Positions 21,592 to 31,552 of a DNA stretch of 64,000 nt are shown in pieces. The stretch's first letter is position 1, and each line of letters begins with the position of its first letter. The stretch is from Phycisphaerae bacterium. GTDB lineage: Bacteria; Planctomycetota; Phycisphaerae; UBA1845; Fen-1342. The notes beneath the pieces were generated by a model. That model did no database searches, was not told the origin of the DNA, and saw only the letters and a list, made by a program, of their open reading frames with translations. Both the position numbers and the translations under genes were made by a program. The DNA is taken from contig JASFQK010000011.1 in NCBI GenBank assembly GCA_050115495.1, forward strand, positions 1-64,000, written 5' to 3'.

Positions 21592-23864
21592 GTGCCTTCC
21601 CGCCGTTGCTCGCGTTTGGGTTCGTTCATCCGGCGTTGCTCGGCGGACTGGGTTTGGCCGTCGCGCCGATCATCATCCATTGGCTTTCCCGCCGGCGGGC
21701 CCGACATCGGCCGTGGGCGGCGATGACGTGGCTGCTCGAAGCTGAGCGGCAGACACGCCGGCGGGTGCTCCTTGAGCAGTGGCTGCTCGTGGCGCTGCGT
21801 TGCCTCGCCCTGGCGCTGCTCGCGTTGCTGATCGCGAGGCCGTTTCTGCGACCGGGGGTGGTCGCGTCGCTCGTCGGTGCCGGCGGGCAGGTCACGCGCG
21901 TGGTCATACTCGACAACTCGGCGAGCCTGGCGTTTCGCAGCGGGGCGGAGGTTGAACTGACGCGTTTGCAGACCGCGGCCGACCGCCTGCTCACGTGGTT
22001 CCACGACCAGGCGCCGCAGGACCATGTCGTCGTTTGTCTGACGTCCGGTGGCGGGGAGATGCTTTTCGATGGCACGCTGGGTTCGGACGCGGCGCTGTCC
22101 GACGTGCGGACGCGGCTGCGCAACTGCGCGCCGACCAGCACGCCTGCTCGGCCGCGCCGTGTGCTGACTAGCGTTGCCGACCATCTTCGCGAAGGCGGCG
22201 TAACCCGCGCCGACGTCTACGTGTTCTCCGACCTGCAGCGCACTGACTGGACGCCGGCTGGTCAGTCTGTCTTCGAGCCGCTGCGCGAGCTTGCCCAGGC
22301 GGGTGCCGCCGAAGGGGCCGCCACGCCGGCGACGCAGATCCGCTGCGTGCTCGTTGCTTCGGGTGGTCCGCGGCGCGACAACGTGGCGCTGACCGACCTG
22401 CGGCTCGAACGGGCCCAGACGATCGCGGGTATTCCGGCCGTCGTGCGGGCCCAGGTGGCCAACTACGGCGTGCGGCCCGTCCGCGACCTCGTCGTGCAGG
22501 TCGATCTCGATGGCACGCCGCTGCCGGCCGTCCCTGCGGAGCCGATCGACGCCGGCGCCCTGGCCGACGTGCTCTTCGAGGTCACGTTCCCCGACGAGGG
22601 TTACCATCAACTCACGCTCACGGTCGGCCCGGTCGATTCGTTTCGGCTCGACGACGTTCGCCGGCTGGCCGTGTTCGTCAAGCCGTCGCTGCCCGTGCTG
22701 GTTGTCGACGGGGCGCCGGCGGCCGATCCGCACAACGACGAGGTCTTCCTGCTACGGACCGCACTGGCGCCGTCCGGCCCGCTCTCGTCGGGCCTGCGTG
22801 TCGACGTCGTCGATCCCGATGAACTGGCCGCGGCCGAGTTGGAAAGCTACGACGCCGTGCTGCTGTGCAATCTCGCGCCGCCCGGTGCGGGACTGATCGG
22901 GCAGTTGCAGCGCTACGTGCGACGTGGCGGCGGGCTCGCCTTCTTCCTCGGCAGCGAGGTGGGCGACGCGTCGGCGTACAACCGGGCGTTCTACGCCGAC
23001 GGCACGGGCCTGCTGCCGCTGCCACTCGAACGGCTGGGTTCGCCGACCGGTCAAGCCGCCGGCGTCGGACTGATTCGCGCCACGCCGCATCCGGTGACGA
23101 CTGCGTTTCCCGCGTCGGCCGACACGCTTTCCGAATACGTCCACTTCTGGCGCTACTTCCGCTGTCGCACCGACGCCGAGTCGCTGGAACGCGATCCCGC
23201 GCCGGCGATCCTCGCCCACTACACCGACGACGAGCAGACGCCCGCGCTGATCGAACGCCCGCACGGCCGCGGCCGTGTGCTGCTGTTCACGTCGAGCGTC
23301 GATCTCGATTGGAACGACTGGGCCCGCTCGCCCGACGGCAGCTACGTCGTCACACTGCTCGAAACGGTGCAGTACATCGCCCGGCGGCACAATCATCCGG
23401 GCAGCCTCGCGGCGGGGGAGGTGCTTGCCGTGCCGGTCGAACCGGACGTGTACGAGCCGAGTGCGCTGTACAAGCCGCCGGCGTATCCCGATGAGCCGGC
23501 CGTGCCGTCTGCCCCGCCGCAACGTGGCCCTGCTGGCGAGGACATCGTCGTGCTGCCCGGTCCGGAGGCGCAGCGGCTGGGCACGTACATGGTTGAACTC
23601 ACGACGCGCTCGGGGCGCCTCGAAACACGTCCGCTTTGTGTGAATCTCGCCCTGGCCGAGTCGGACTTGGCGGCGGCGGCGCCCGCTGATCTGGACGCCG
23701 CGCTGGCCGGGTTGCCGTACGAGCTGTTCGCCGCGGCGACGGACTTCCTCCGCGGCGCGGCGCAGACCCGCCGGGAGCTGTGGCCGCTGGCGTTGTTATC
23801 GGTGGTGCTCGTGCTGACGTTGGAGCAGACGCTGGCCTGGTACTTCGGCAAGGCCGGCCGCTGA
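21588..23864 (+). CDS. BatA N-terminal/vWA domain membrane protein
   Basis: PIIIHWLSRRR...WAAM BatA motif; MIDAS DNSAS and FSDLQ; Ig-like and GATase-like regions; C-terminal ELW...LEQ.LA TM segment. Confidence 0.88.
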   Translation: MSAFPPLLAFGFVHPALLGGLGLAVAPIIIHWLSRRRARHRPWAAMTWLLEAERQTRRRVLLEQWLLVALRCLALALLALLIARPFLRPGVVASLVGAGGQVTRVVILDNSASLAFRSGAEVELTRLQTAADRLLTWFHDQAPQDHVVVCLTSGGGEMLFDGTLGSDAALSDVRTRLRNCAPTSTPARPRRVLTSVADHLREGGVTRADVYVFSDLQRTDWTPAGQSVFEPLRELAQAGAAEGAATPATQIRCVLVASGGPRRDNVALTDLRLERAQTIAGIPAVVRAQVANYGVRPVRDLVVQVDLDGTPLPAVPAEPIDAGALADVLFEVTFPDEGYHQLTLTVGPVDSFRLDDVRRLAVFVKPSLPVLVVDGAPAADPHNDEVFLLRTALAPSGPLSSGLRVDVVDPDELAAAELESYDAVLLCNLAPPGAGLIGQLQRYVRRGGGLAFFLGSEVGDASAYNRAFYADGTGLLPLPLERLGSPTGQAAGVGLIRATPHPVTTAFPASADTLSEYVHFWRYFRCRTDAESLERDPAPAILAHYTDDEQTPALIERPHGRGRVLLFTSSVDLDWNDWARSPDGSYVVTLLETVQYIARRHNHPGSLAAGEVLAVPVEPDVYEPSALYKPPAYPDEPAVPSAPPQRGPAGEDIVVLPGPEAQRLGTYMVELTTRSGRLETRPLCVNLALAESDLAAAAPADLDAALAGLPYELFAAATDFLRGAAQTRRELWPLALLSVVLVLTLEQTLAWYFGKAGR

Positions 23865-23897
23865 GCCTGTTGTTCGAGTTCTTGTGGAGCGCAGCGC

Positions 23898-26336
23898 ATG
23901 CTGCCGCAGATGCTGAGCACATTGCCGATCGGCCTCGCCCAGGTCACGCACCAGCAGGTGTTTGAATGGGCCGGTCTGCCCGCCGGCTGGGCAAGGGCGC
24001 TGCTATTTGGCGTCGTGGCGGCGCTGGGCGTGCTGGCGATGGTGCTCTATCGCGCCGAGTATCGCAGCGGGGCGAGTGCGAGGCTGCGCACGCTGCTGGC
24101 CGTGCTGCGCTGCATCGTCATTATCGCGCTGGCCGTCGTCTGGCTCGAACCCGTTCTCGTCACGTATGCCCATCGTTATGTTGAGGCCCGCGTCGCCGTG
24201 CTCGCCGACGTATCGGCCAGCATGTCCGTCGCCGATCCGGGTGAGCGCGTTACTGACGGTGCCGGCGAGATTCGCGCCGAGGCCGTACGCCGGCGGTTGT
24301 ACGCCGACGATGCCCGCTGGCTTCGCCGACTGCGCGAGCACAATGCGGTTGATCTCTACGTCTTCGGCGGCGAGACGACGCGCGTGCCGCTGCCCTGGTC
24401 GACCGAGGTGTCCGCCAGCCGTCCCGCCGTCGACGCGTTCGCTCCGATTCAGCCGCGCACCGATTTCGGCCAGACGCTGGCCACCGTCCTCGACGACGTC
24501 GGTGACGGTCCCAGTGCCGGCGTGATCCTCTTCTCCGACGGCGGCCTCAACCAGGGGCTCAGCCTCGACGAGACGGTCGCGCTCGCCCGCCGACTCGCCG
24601 GCCCCGTGTACTGCGTCGGTGTGGGTGCGCTCGACGAACCGCCCAACCTGCGCATCACCGGCCTGCTCGCGCCGGCGACCGTGCCGCAGGGTGACCCGTT
24701 CGAGATCCGCGTCGATCTCGTCGGCGCCGGCATGAGCGAGACGCCGATCGAGGTCGAGCTCGTTGCTCGGCGCACTTCGCCTGGCGGCACCGCCACCGAT
24801 ACCGCTGAGACGCGCCCCGCGCAGAAGTCCGCCCGCGTCGGCGACGACCAGCCGCCGGCCACGGTGCTCTTCGAGGTGACGCCGCCGGCGCCGGGGCAGT
24901 ACACGTACCGTGCTCGCGTCCTTCCGCCGCCCGACTTGGTCGAAGCGCTCACGGATGACAACGCCCGCGAAGCATCGGTGCTCGTGCTCGACGAACTGCT
25001 GCGCGTGCTGATCGTCGCCGGTGGGCCGACGTACGAGTACCGCTACGTCACGCGGCTGCTCGAACGCGATCGCAGCATCGACGTGAGTTGCTGGCTCCAG
25101 TCGGCGGACGAACAGGCTCTCCGTGACGGCAACACGATCCTCGAAGCACTGCCGCGCGAGCCGGCGGCGCTCTTCGCCTACGACGCCATTCTGCTGCTCG
25201 ATCCCGATCCGGAAGAGCTCGATGCCGCCTGGGCCCTTACTCTTCGCCGATGCGTGGACGAGATGGGTGGGGGGGTACTGCTGGAGGCGGGGCCGCAGTA
25301 CACCGCGCGTTTTTTGCGCGACCCGCGGCTCGACGAGTTCGTCGCCATTCTCCCCGTCGTGCCCGATCCCGACGTCGAAGTCCGGCTGAACACGCTGGGC
25401 ACGTACCGCACGTCGCCGCTGAGCGTTCAGCCGCCCGAATCCGTCGCCGGCCACCCGCTCGTCGCGCTCGACGCCGAAGCTTCGACGAGCCTTCAGCTCT
25501 GGCAGGCGCTCGGCGGAACGTGGTGGCATCTGCCGGTGCTGCGGGCGAAGCCGGTGGCAACCGTGCTGCTGGAGCGCGGCGGTGACTTGCCCACTGTCGC
25601 CGAACAGGGCGACGTGGTGATGGCGGCCCAGCCGGTCGGTCCTGGTCGGGCGGTGTTCCTGGGGATGGACAGCACGTGGCGTTGGCGCGGGCCGGCGGAG
25701 CCGCTGTTCAACCGCTTCTGGATCCAGCTTGTCCGGTACCTCGCGCAATCCCGCCGACAGCAGGCCAGCCGCTTCGGCACGCTGACGCTCGACCGCGAGT
25801 CGTTCAGCGTCGGCGATTATGTGCGTGTCGAGGCGCGTGTGCTCGATCGGGCATACGCACCATGGCCCGAGCCGGAGGTTCGCGCCGAACTCGAATGGGC
25901 GGATGGAACGACGGAACCGTGCATTCTCAAGGCGATTGCCGGCCGTGACGGTTGGTTTGCCGGCCGGTTGCTGCTGAGCCGCGAGGGGCCCGCCGAGCTG
26001 CGCGTCCCGCTGCCGACCACGGGGGGAAGCGAGCCGGCCCCTGCGTCGCCGGAGTTCCTGCGCGAGCGTATCCGCGTCTTGCGGCCGGATGTTGAAATGG
26101 TCTCGTTGCGGCAGCGGCGCGACGTGCTCAGCGCCCTGGCCGTGCAGACGGGCGGCGCCTACGTGGCGCTCTCCGACGTCGATTCGCTGCCCGACCGCAT
26201 TCCGAACGCCGGCCAGCGCCAACCGCCGCAACGTCTTTCTGCCACGCCGCTGTGGGACCGGACCTGGGTGCTCGGCGTCATTGCGGCGTTGCTATGTACA
26301 GAATGGGCGCTACGGCGCCGGTATCACCTGCTGTAA
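23898..26336 (+). CDS. vWA plus glutamine-amidotransferase-like membrane protein
   Basis: N-terminal TM segments; DVSASM, TDF and FSDG motifs; GRAVFLGMDSTWRWR...RFWIQLVRYL; C-terminal PLWD...EWALRRRY. Confidence 0.85.
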   Translation: MLPQMLSTLPIGLAQVTHQQVFEWAGLPAGWARALLFGVVAALGVLAMVLYRAEYRSGASARLRTLLAVLRCIVIIALAVVWLEPVLVTYAHRYVEARVAVLADVSASMSVADPGERVTDGAGEIRAEAVRRRLYADDARWLRRLREHNAVDLYVFGGETTRVPLPWSTEVSASRPAVDAFAPIQPRTDFGQTLATVLDDVGDGPSAGVILFSDGGLNQGLSLDETVALARRLAGPVYCVGVGALDEPPNLRITGLLAPATVPQGDPFEIRVDLVGAGMSETPIEVELVARRTSPGGTATDTAETRPAQKSARVGDDQPPATVLFEVTPPAPGQYTYRARVLPPPDLVEALTDDNAREASVLVLDELLRVLIVAGGPTYEYRYVTRLLERDRSIDVSCWLQSADEQALRDGNTILEALPREPAALFAYDAILLLDPDPEELDAAWALTLRRCVDEMGGGVLLEAGPQYTARFLRDPRLDEFVAILPVVPDPDVEVRLNTLGTYRTSPLSVQPPESVAGHPLVALDAEASTSLQLWQALGGTWWHLPVLRAKPVATVLLERGGDLPTVAEQGDVVMAAQPVGPGRAVFLGMDSTWRWRGPAEPLFNRFWIQLVRYLAQSRRQQASRFGTLTLDRESFSVGDYVRVEARVLDRAYAPWPEPEVRAELEWADGTTEPCILKAIAGRDGWFAGRLLLSREGPAELRVPLPTTGGSEPAPASPEFLRERIRVLRPDVEMVSLRQRRDVLSALAVQTGGAYVALSDVDSLPDRIPNAGQRQPPQRLSATPLWDRTWVLGVIAALLCTEWALRRRYHLL

Positions 26337-26393
26337 GGCGCGCGTGCCGAATCGCTATCCCTTCGTGGAACCCCCGCGGCGGCCGGCGACCGC

Positions 26394-26618
26394 CTAACGT
26401 CGCTCTTCCTGAATGGCTTCGAAGAGGACTTCCCCCTTGGCGTCACAGACCCGGTATGTTCCAGCGCTCAGCGTGATCGTATTACCGTTGTCGACGCGAT
26501 CCGCCAGCACGATCGGTTGTTCTGAACAAAGGCGGTACACGCCGCCGCCCATCTGCTGCATCTCACATTGATGCGCATTGCGGATCCAAACGACCCGCGA
26601 CGAGACCCGTGCACACAT
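26394..26618 (-). CDS. Small hypothetical protein (74 aa) on the opposite strand inside the cluster
   Basis: AGGAG lies 8 nt before the ATG; the ORF fills the gap between two + strand genes. Confidence 0.55.
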   Translation of the reverse strand: MCARVSSRVVWIRNAHQCEMQQMGGGVYRLCSEQPIVLADRVDNGNTITLSAGTYRVCDAKGEVLFEAIQEERR

Positions 26619-26798
26619 TCCGGTGGCTCCTGACCCTCGCTCCTTCCCCGGTCACCTGCCGCCATTGTAGCCAGCTCCCATCGCCATGAGAACACCTTTT
26701 CGCGCTTCCGCTTGCCGTCGGTGGGGTCGGCGAATGTCAAGCTGCCGATCCGGCGGTATCATTATCGGCGGTAGCGAGTTACGGAGGACATCGCGGCG

Positions 26799-28955
26799 GT
26801 GAGCACTCGAGCAGCCGACCCCCTGACCGCCCAGCTTGCCCGGCGCATCCGCGCGCCGTTGGCGCGTCTGCGGCTCGGCTGCCGCCTGCACCTGGCCATC
26901 GACGGCCTGTACCGCGCGGGGTTCCTCGTCGCCGCGGCGCTCCTGTTTCAGCTCGTGCTCGACCGCTGGCTCCGTCTGACGTTGGATCAACGGGCGGCGC
27001 TGACGTCGGCGCTCGCCGTCCTGCTGCTGTGGATCACCGGCCGGTTGCTGTTTCTTCCGCTGGTGCAGCCGCTTCCGGATCGGCTGCTCGCTGCGCTGGT
27101 CGACCGGGCGCACCCGGAGCTGTGCGGCCGGCTGTCCACGACGGTGCAGCTTGCCGCCGGTCCGCCATGGCCGGGTGGTACGTCGCCGGCGCTGGCTCGC
27201 GAGGTGATTGAGCGCACGTGTGAACTCAGCGCCGACCTATCGTTCCTGGCTGTTCTGAACCACCGCCGTGCCGCACGCCGTGCCGCTGAAATACTGGGTC
27301 TGTTCCTGCTGGCGGTCGTGGCGGCGGGCCTGTCGCCGAAGCTCACGGGCACGTGGTTCGCGCGGAACTGGCTGTTACAGGACGTTGCTTGGCCACAACA
27401 GACGTACATCTGGCCCGACGGCTTCGACGCCGACGGCCGCCGCCGACTGGCGCGGGGTGATTCGGTGGAGATCACCGCCCGCGTTCGCGGCGAGTTGCCC
27501 GACTCGGCCGAACTGCATTGGTCCACGCCTTCCGGCAACGAGGGCACGGCGGCGATGACCATCGTCGGCGATACGTATCTGGCGGCGTCGATCGGCCAGC
27601 TTTCCGAAGACGTGCACTTCCGTATCGTCGGTGGTGATGAACGCACGCGCGACTTCCACATCGAAGCCGTCGAACGCCCGCGGATCGTCGGTACGCTGGC
27701 CCGCATCACGCCGCCGGCGTACACCGGCCTGGACGAGTTCGTCGTCGAGCATCAAACCGTGCTCGAGGTGCTCCGCGGGGCGACGCTCGATATCGTGGCG
27801 CAGCTCAACAAGCCCGTGCGGCTCGCGCGGTTCGTCGGGGCCGACGCCGGCGATGTGCCGGCCGACGTGACGTGGAACGGCGCCGCTTCATCGCCTGCCG
27901 ACGGGCCGCCCGAGGTTCGCTTGCGCTGGACGGAGCCGCATAGCGGGACGTACCGGTTCGAACTCGTAGACAATGACGGCCTGTCGAGTCGGGATCCAGT
28001 GCATTACACGCTGAAGGTCGCGCCGGACCGCCCGCCGACGATCCGTTTGCAGATGCCCGGTGTCGGAGAGCTGATCACGCCGCGGGCGGAGATGCCGGTC
28101 GAATTGCAGGCTGCCGACACGTACGGGCTCGGTTCTGCGCGTTTGCTCGTGCAGCCCGGCGTGCAGGCCGAGCGCGTGCTGCCCATATCGAGTCTGACCT
28201 CGGGGGCCCATAACCTCGCGACGACCGTTATGGTCCCGGCGGCGAGTGTCGGCGGTGTGGCGCCCGGCGATACGTTGCGGCTGTGGGCGGAGGCGGCGGA
28301 TCTCGATCCAGCGGGTCCGAACATTGCGGCCACTCCTTCAACAACATTGCGCGTCGTGTCGCTGGATGAGTTCCGCATGGCGCTCGCTCGGCGGGAGCTG
28401 ACGTTGCGGCAGGAGTTCGATCGGCTGCGCAGTGCACAGCGGACGTTGCGCGATATGCTCGGGCGGACGCTCGCCGAGGTGCCGGCGGGACAGGCGCCGC
28501 CGGACGCGGCCAACCAGCAGCTTGCGGCGCTGGCGCGCACGCAATCGCAGCAGGCAGGGCAGTGTGCGACGGTCGGGCGGTCGTTCGCGCAGATTCTGGC
28601 GGAGATGCAGACGTGCGGCGCCGCCGGTCCGGCCGATGAACGCCGGATTATCGACGGGGTTACGGTGCCGCTGGATCGGTTGGCGCGGGAGACGATGCCG
28701 GCGGCGGCGGATGCGCTGACGGCGTTGCGCGAGCACGCGGGCGATGCGGCACGGCAGGCGGCGCTGGCGGAGCAGGACGCCATCTTGCAGCAGATGGAGG
28801 CGATTCTCGGGAATATGCTCGAATGGGAGGGTTATCGCGAGGCGGTGAGGCTGTTGCAGGAGACGCTTGCGGCGCAGACGGAGATTCATGACGAGACGTT
28901 GAAGGCTCTGGACCGGCAGCTTGAGGACATATTGGGATTGGAGGAGGAGCCGTAG
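26799..28955 (+). CDS. DUF4175-like membrane-anchored protein (TM + Ig-like + coiled coil)
   Basis: GGAGGA RBS; three TM segments, a beta-rich middle (ITPPAYTG, PDRPPTI, AADTYGL) and a helical C-terminus. Confidence 0.75.
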   Translation: MSTRAADPLTAQLARRIRAPLARLRLGCRLHLAIDGLYRAGFLVAAALLFQLVLDRWLRLTLDQRAALTSALAVLLLWITGRLLFLPLVQPLPDRLLAALVDRAHPELCGRLSTTVQLAAGPPWPGGTSPALAREVIERTCELSADLSFLAVLNHRRAARRAAEILGLFLLAVVAAGLSPKLTGTWFARNWLLQDVAWPQQTYIWPDGFDADGRRRLARGDSVEITARVRGELPDSAELHWSTPSGNEGTAAMTIVGDTYLAASIGQLSEDVHFRIVGGDERTRDFHIEAVERPRIVGTLARITPPAYTGLDEFVVEHQTVLEVLRGATLDIVAQLNKPVRLARFVGADAGDVPADVTWNGAASSPADGPPEVRLRWTEPHSGTYRFELVDNDGLSSRDPVHYTLKVAPDRPPTIRLQMPGVGELITPRAEMPVELQAADTYGLGSARLLVQPGVQAERVLPISSLTSGAHNLATTVMVPAASVGGVAPGDTLRLWAEAADLDPAGPNIAATPSTTLRVVSLDEFRMALARRELTLRQEFDRLRSAQRTLRDMLGRTLAEVPAGQAPPDAANQQLAALARTQSQQAGQCATVGRSFAQILAEMQTCGAAGPADERRIIDGVTVPLDRLARETMPAAADALTALREHAGDAARQAALAEQDAILQQMEAILGNMLEWEGYREAVRLLQETLAAQTEIHDETLKALDRQLEDILGLEEEP

Positions 28956-29109
28956 CGTCGGCCCTCTGTGGCCGACGTCGACTGGCGGGACGCGGCGTTT
29001 CGGCGGTTTGGAAGAGCACTGCTCAAGAGCAGTGGCACACTTGTGGCTGCTCGATGACTGTGGCTTGGCGCGGATGGATGGCACTGGTGGACAAGCCACC
29101 AGTGGCACC
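28952..29109. repeat. Cluster of REP-like palindromes
   Basis: gtagcgtcggccctctgtggccgacgtcg (28952-28980), gaagagcactgctcaagagcagtggcacac (29011-29040) and gcactggtggacaagccaccagtggcacc (29081-29109). The first two recur elsewhere in the window. Confidence 0.75.
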
Positions 29110-29153
29110 CGATGTTGCGGCCGACCTCCGTGTCGGCCGTCGAGTGCGATGAG

Positions 29154-30530
29154 ATGTTGAGACGGTTCGGCATTCTGGTTTTCGGCGTGGCGCTGGCCGT
29201 GGCGGCGGCGGGGCAGGGGGCTGCGCCGCCGCTCGCGCAACAGCAGGCGGCCGTGCGCGACCGGATGCAGAAGCTGGAGAATCGTCTGCTGGTGCTGAGC
29301 CGGCTGCTCGCTGAGACGCAGCCAGACAAGGCCGATCGGTTGCGGGCGGCGCTGGAGAAGGGGGGCGAGCGACAGGTTCGGCGGCGGTTGGAACGGGTTG
29401 AGCAACTGCTGCGCGAGGGGTCGCTCAGCGAGGCCGAGCAGGAACAGGAAACGCTGCTGCGTGATTTGCAGGAGATGCTCGACGCGCTCACCGACAGTGG
29501 CAGCGACCTCGATCGCCGGCGGGCCGAGCGCGAGCGGCTCGAGGCATTTCGCCAGCGGATTGACGAAATGCGACAGGATCAGCTCGACGAGCTCTATCGC
29601 ACGCAGGCCGCCCGCGAGGAGGGCGAAGCTGCCAGCCGCGTACGGCTTTCGGAGATCGAGCGGCGACAACGCGGTCTCGAACGGCGGGCAACCGACCTTG
29701 CCGAGGAGATGAAGAAGCAGCGCGAGGGTGCGGCGCAGACGCCGGGCGAGCGGCAGATTGGGACGGCTCGCCAACACATGCAAGACGCGGCCGATCGGTT
29801 GGCGGAGGGGACGCCGGCGGAGGCTGAGGTTCAGCAACAGGCGGCGCTCGAACAGCTTCAACGGGCGCAGGAAGAGCTCGACGATGCGCTGCGGCAGGTT
29901 CGGCGGGAGGAGCTGGAAGAGACGCTGTCGGCGCTGGAGTCGCGGTTCAAGAGTATGCTGGCTCGGGAGCGCGAGGTCCGCGCCGGCACGGGCGGATTGC
30001 ACGAGAAGGGGGCGGCGAACTGGAACCGCACCGATCGGCTGCGGCTGGCGGCTTTGGCGCAGACGCAGGCGGCGGTGACCGAGGATGGGGCGGGCATTGT
30101 GCGGATTCTCGTCGCCGAGGGTACGACCGTGATTTTGCCCGATTTGGCCGAACATCTCGTGGACGACATGAAGACAGCAACGGCGCGGCTCGAAGGGGCC
30201 GACACGTCGCCGGCGACGCAGGCCCTGGTGGACGGGATCATCTCCGCGTTGGAGGAGATCATCGGGGCGATCGAGGTCCGCCGGGATCAGGAGACCGAGG
30301 CCGCGCAGCAGCCGGGGCGTTCCACTGGCGGTGGTGGAGGGAGTCGGCCGTTGCTGTCGCCCTCGGCAGAGTTGAAGCTGCTGCGGTCAGCGCAACTGCG
30401 GATCAACTGGCGGACGACGGAGTTGGCCGGAACGCCGGAGAGTGCGGAGCGGACCGCCGCATTGGAGCAACTGGCGGCGCGGCAACGGCAGATTGCGGAG
30501 ATGTCGCGGCGGATGGGGGGGCAGCCATGA
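29154..30530 (+). CDS. Exported coiled-coil protein (DUF4175-like C-terminal helical type)
   Basis: Signal peptide MLRRFGILVFGVALAVAAAG; Q/E/R-rich heptads; AELKLLRSAQLRIN motif. Confidence 0.75.
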   Translation: MLRRFGILVFGVALAVAAAGQGAAPPLAQQQAAVRDRMQKLENRLLVLSRLLAETQPDKADRLRAALEKGGERQVRRRLERVEQLLREGSLSEAEQEQETLLRDLQEMLDALTDSGSDLDRRRAERERLEAFRQRIDEMRQDQLDELYRTQAAREEGEAASRVRLSEIERRQRGLERRATDLAEEMKKQREGAAQTPGERQIGTARQHMQDAADRLAEGTPAEAEVQQQAALEQLQRAQEELDDALRQVRREELEETLSALESRFKSMLAREREVRAGTGGLHEKGAANWNRTDRLRLAALAQTQAAVTEDGAGIVRILVAEGTTVILPDLAEHLVDDMKTATARLEGADTSPATQALVDGIISALEEIIGAIEVRRDQETEAAQQPGRSTGGGGGSRPLLSPSAELKLLRSAQLRINWRTTELAGTPESAERTAALEQLAARQRQIAEMSRRMGGQP

Positions 30531-31552
30531 AGACGCGACTGTCGGTGCTGGTGATGCTCGTTGTCGGTGTATGGGCCGCTGTGGGTGAGACGCTGGAGGA
30601 TGTGACGCGGCTGAACGCGGCGTTTCGACGGCACTTGCAGTCGCTCGGGCCGCAGCATGCCATCGCCGTCGAGATCGTCGAGAGCAGTTGGGAGACGTAC
30701 GAACAGGAGTCGCCGACGAGCCTGGTGCCCGATGCGCTGGGTGTGCTGTACCCGGCGTATCGCGAAGCACTGGCGGCGTTCGATGCGGGGGATGCGGCGC
30801 GGGCGGCGAGTTTGATGGAGCCGCTCCGCCGACACGAAGACCCGTACGTCGCGGCCAATGCGGAGTACTTCCACGCGCGAGCCCTGGTCGAGCAGGGGCT
30901 TTCCGAAGAGGCGGAGCGGGATCTGGCGGAGTTGGTCGCGGACGACGACACGCTGCGCGAGCATACACCGTACGCGGCGCATGCGTTGTTCCTGCGGGCG
31001 CATTGCCAGGCGGCCAACCTGCATTGGGCCGATGCTGAAGCGACGTTGCAGGCGCTGACGGCGGTGTTTCCGGATGCGGCGGAGCCGGTGCTGCTCGGGG
31101 CGCGGCAACTTCGCATCGAGATCGAGCGGCGGCGGGAGGGCACGCTCGACGATGTGGCCGACGTGATGGGCTACTCCGCGGCGCGGCTGGGCGTCGGCGA
31201 CGCCACCGAGCGTGTGCAGGAGCAGCAGGAGAATGTGGTGGCGTTGCTCGATCGGCTCATCGACGAAGCACAGCAACGCGAGCAACAGCAGCAGCAAAGC
31301 ACCGGGCGGCGCGACAGCGGACAGCAACCCGAAGCGCCGCGTGCGGGTGCCGAGCAATCGGAGCTGCCCGGGGCCGAGGCCGGCCAGATCGGCGAGCAGC
31401 ACGCGGCGCCGCGGGTCGATCCGGGTGAGATGTGGGGGCGGCTGCCGCCGGCGGAGCGAGAGCGCATCTTGCAGGGGTTGCGGCAACGGTATCCGTCGCG
31501 CTATCGGCAACTCGTCGAGCAATACTACCGTTCGCTGGCGGAGGAGAAGTAG
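30527..31552 (+). CDS. Exported TPR-like protein
   Basis: ATGA overlap; signal peptide; helical repeats; C-terminal WGRLPPAERERI...YPSRYRQLVEQYYRSLA. Confidence 0.78.
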   Translation: MKTRLSVLVMLVVGVWAAVGETLEDVTRLNAAFRRHLQSLGPQHAIAVEIVESSWETYEQESPTSLVPDALGVLYPAYREALAAFDAGDAARAASLMEPLRRHEDPYVAANAEYFHARALVEQGLSEEAERDLAELVADDDTLREHTPYAAHALFLRAHCQAANLHWADAEATLQALTAVFPDAAEPVLLGARQLRIEIERRREGTLDDVADVMGYSAARLGVGDATERVQEQQENVVALLDRLIDEAQQREQQQQQSTGRRDSGQQPEAPRAGAEQSELPGAEAGQIGEQHAAPRVDPGEMWGRLPPAERERILQGLRQRYPSRYRQLVEQYYRSLAEEK

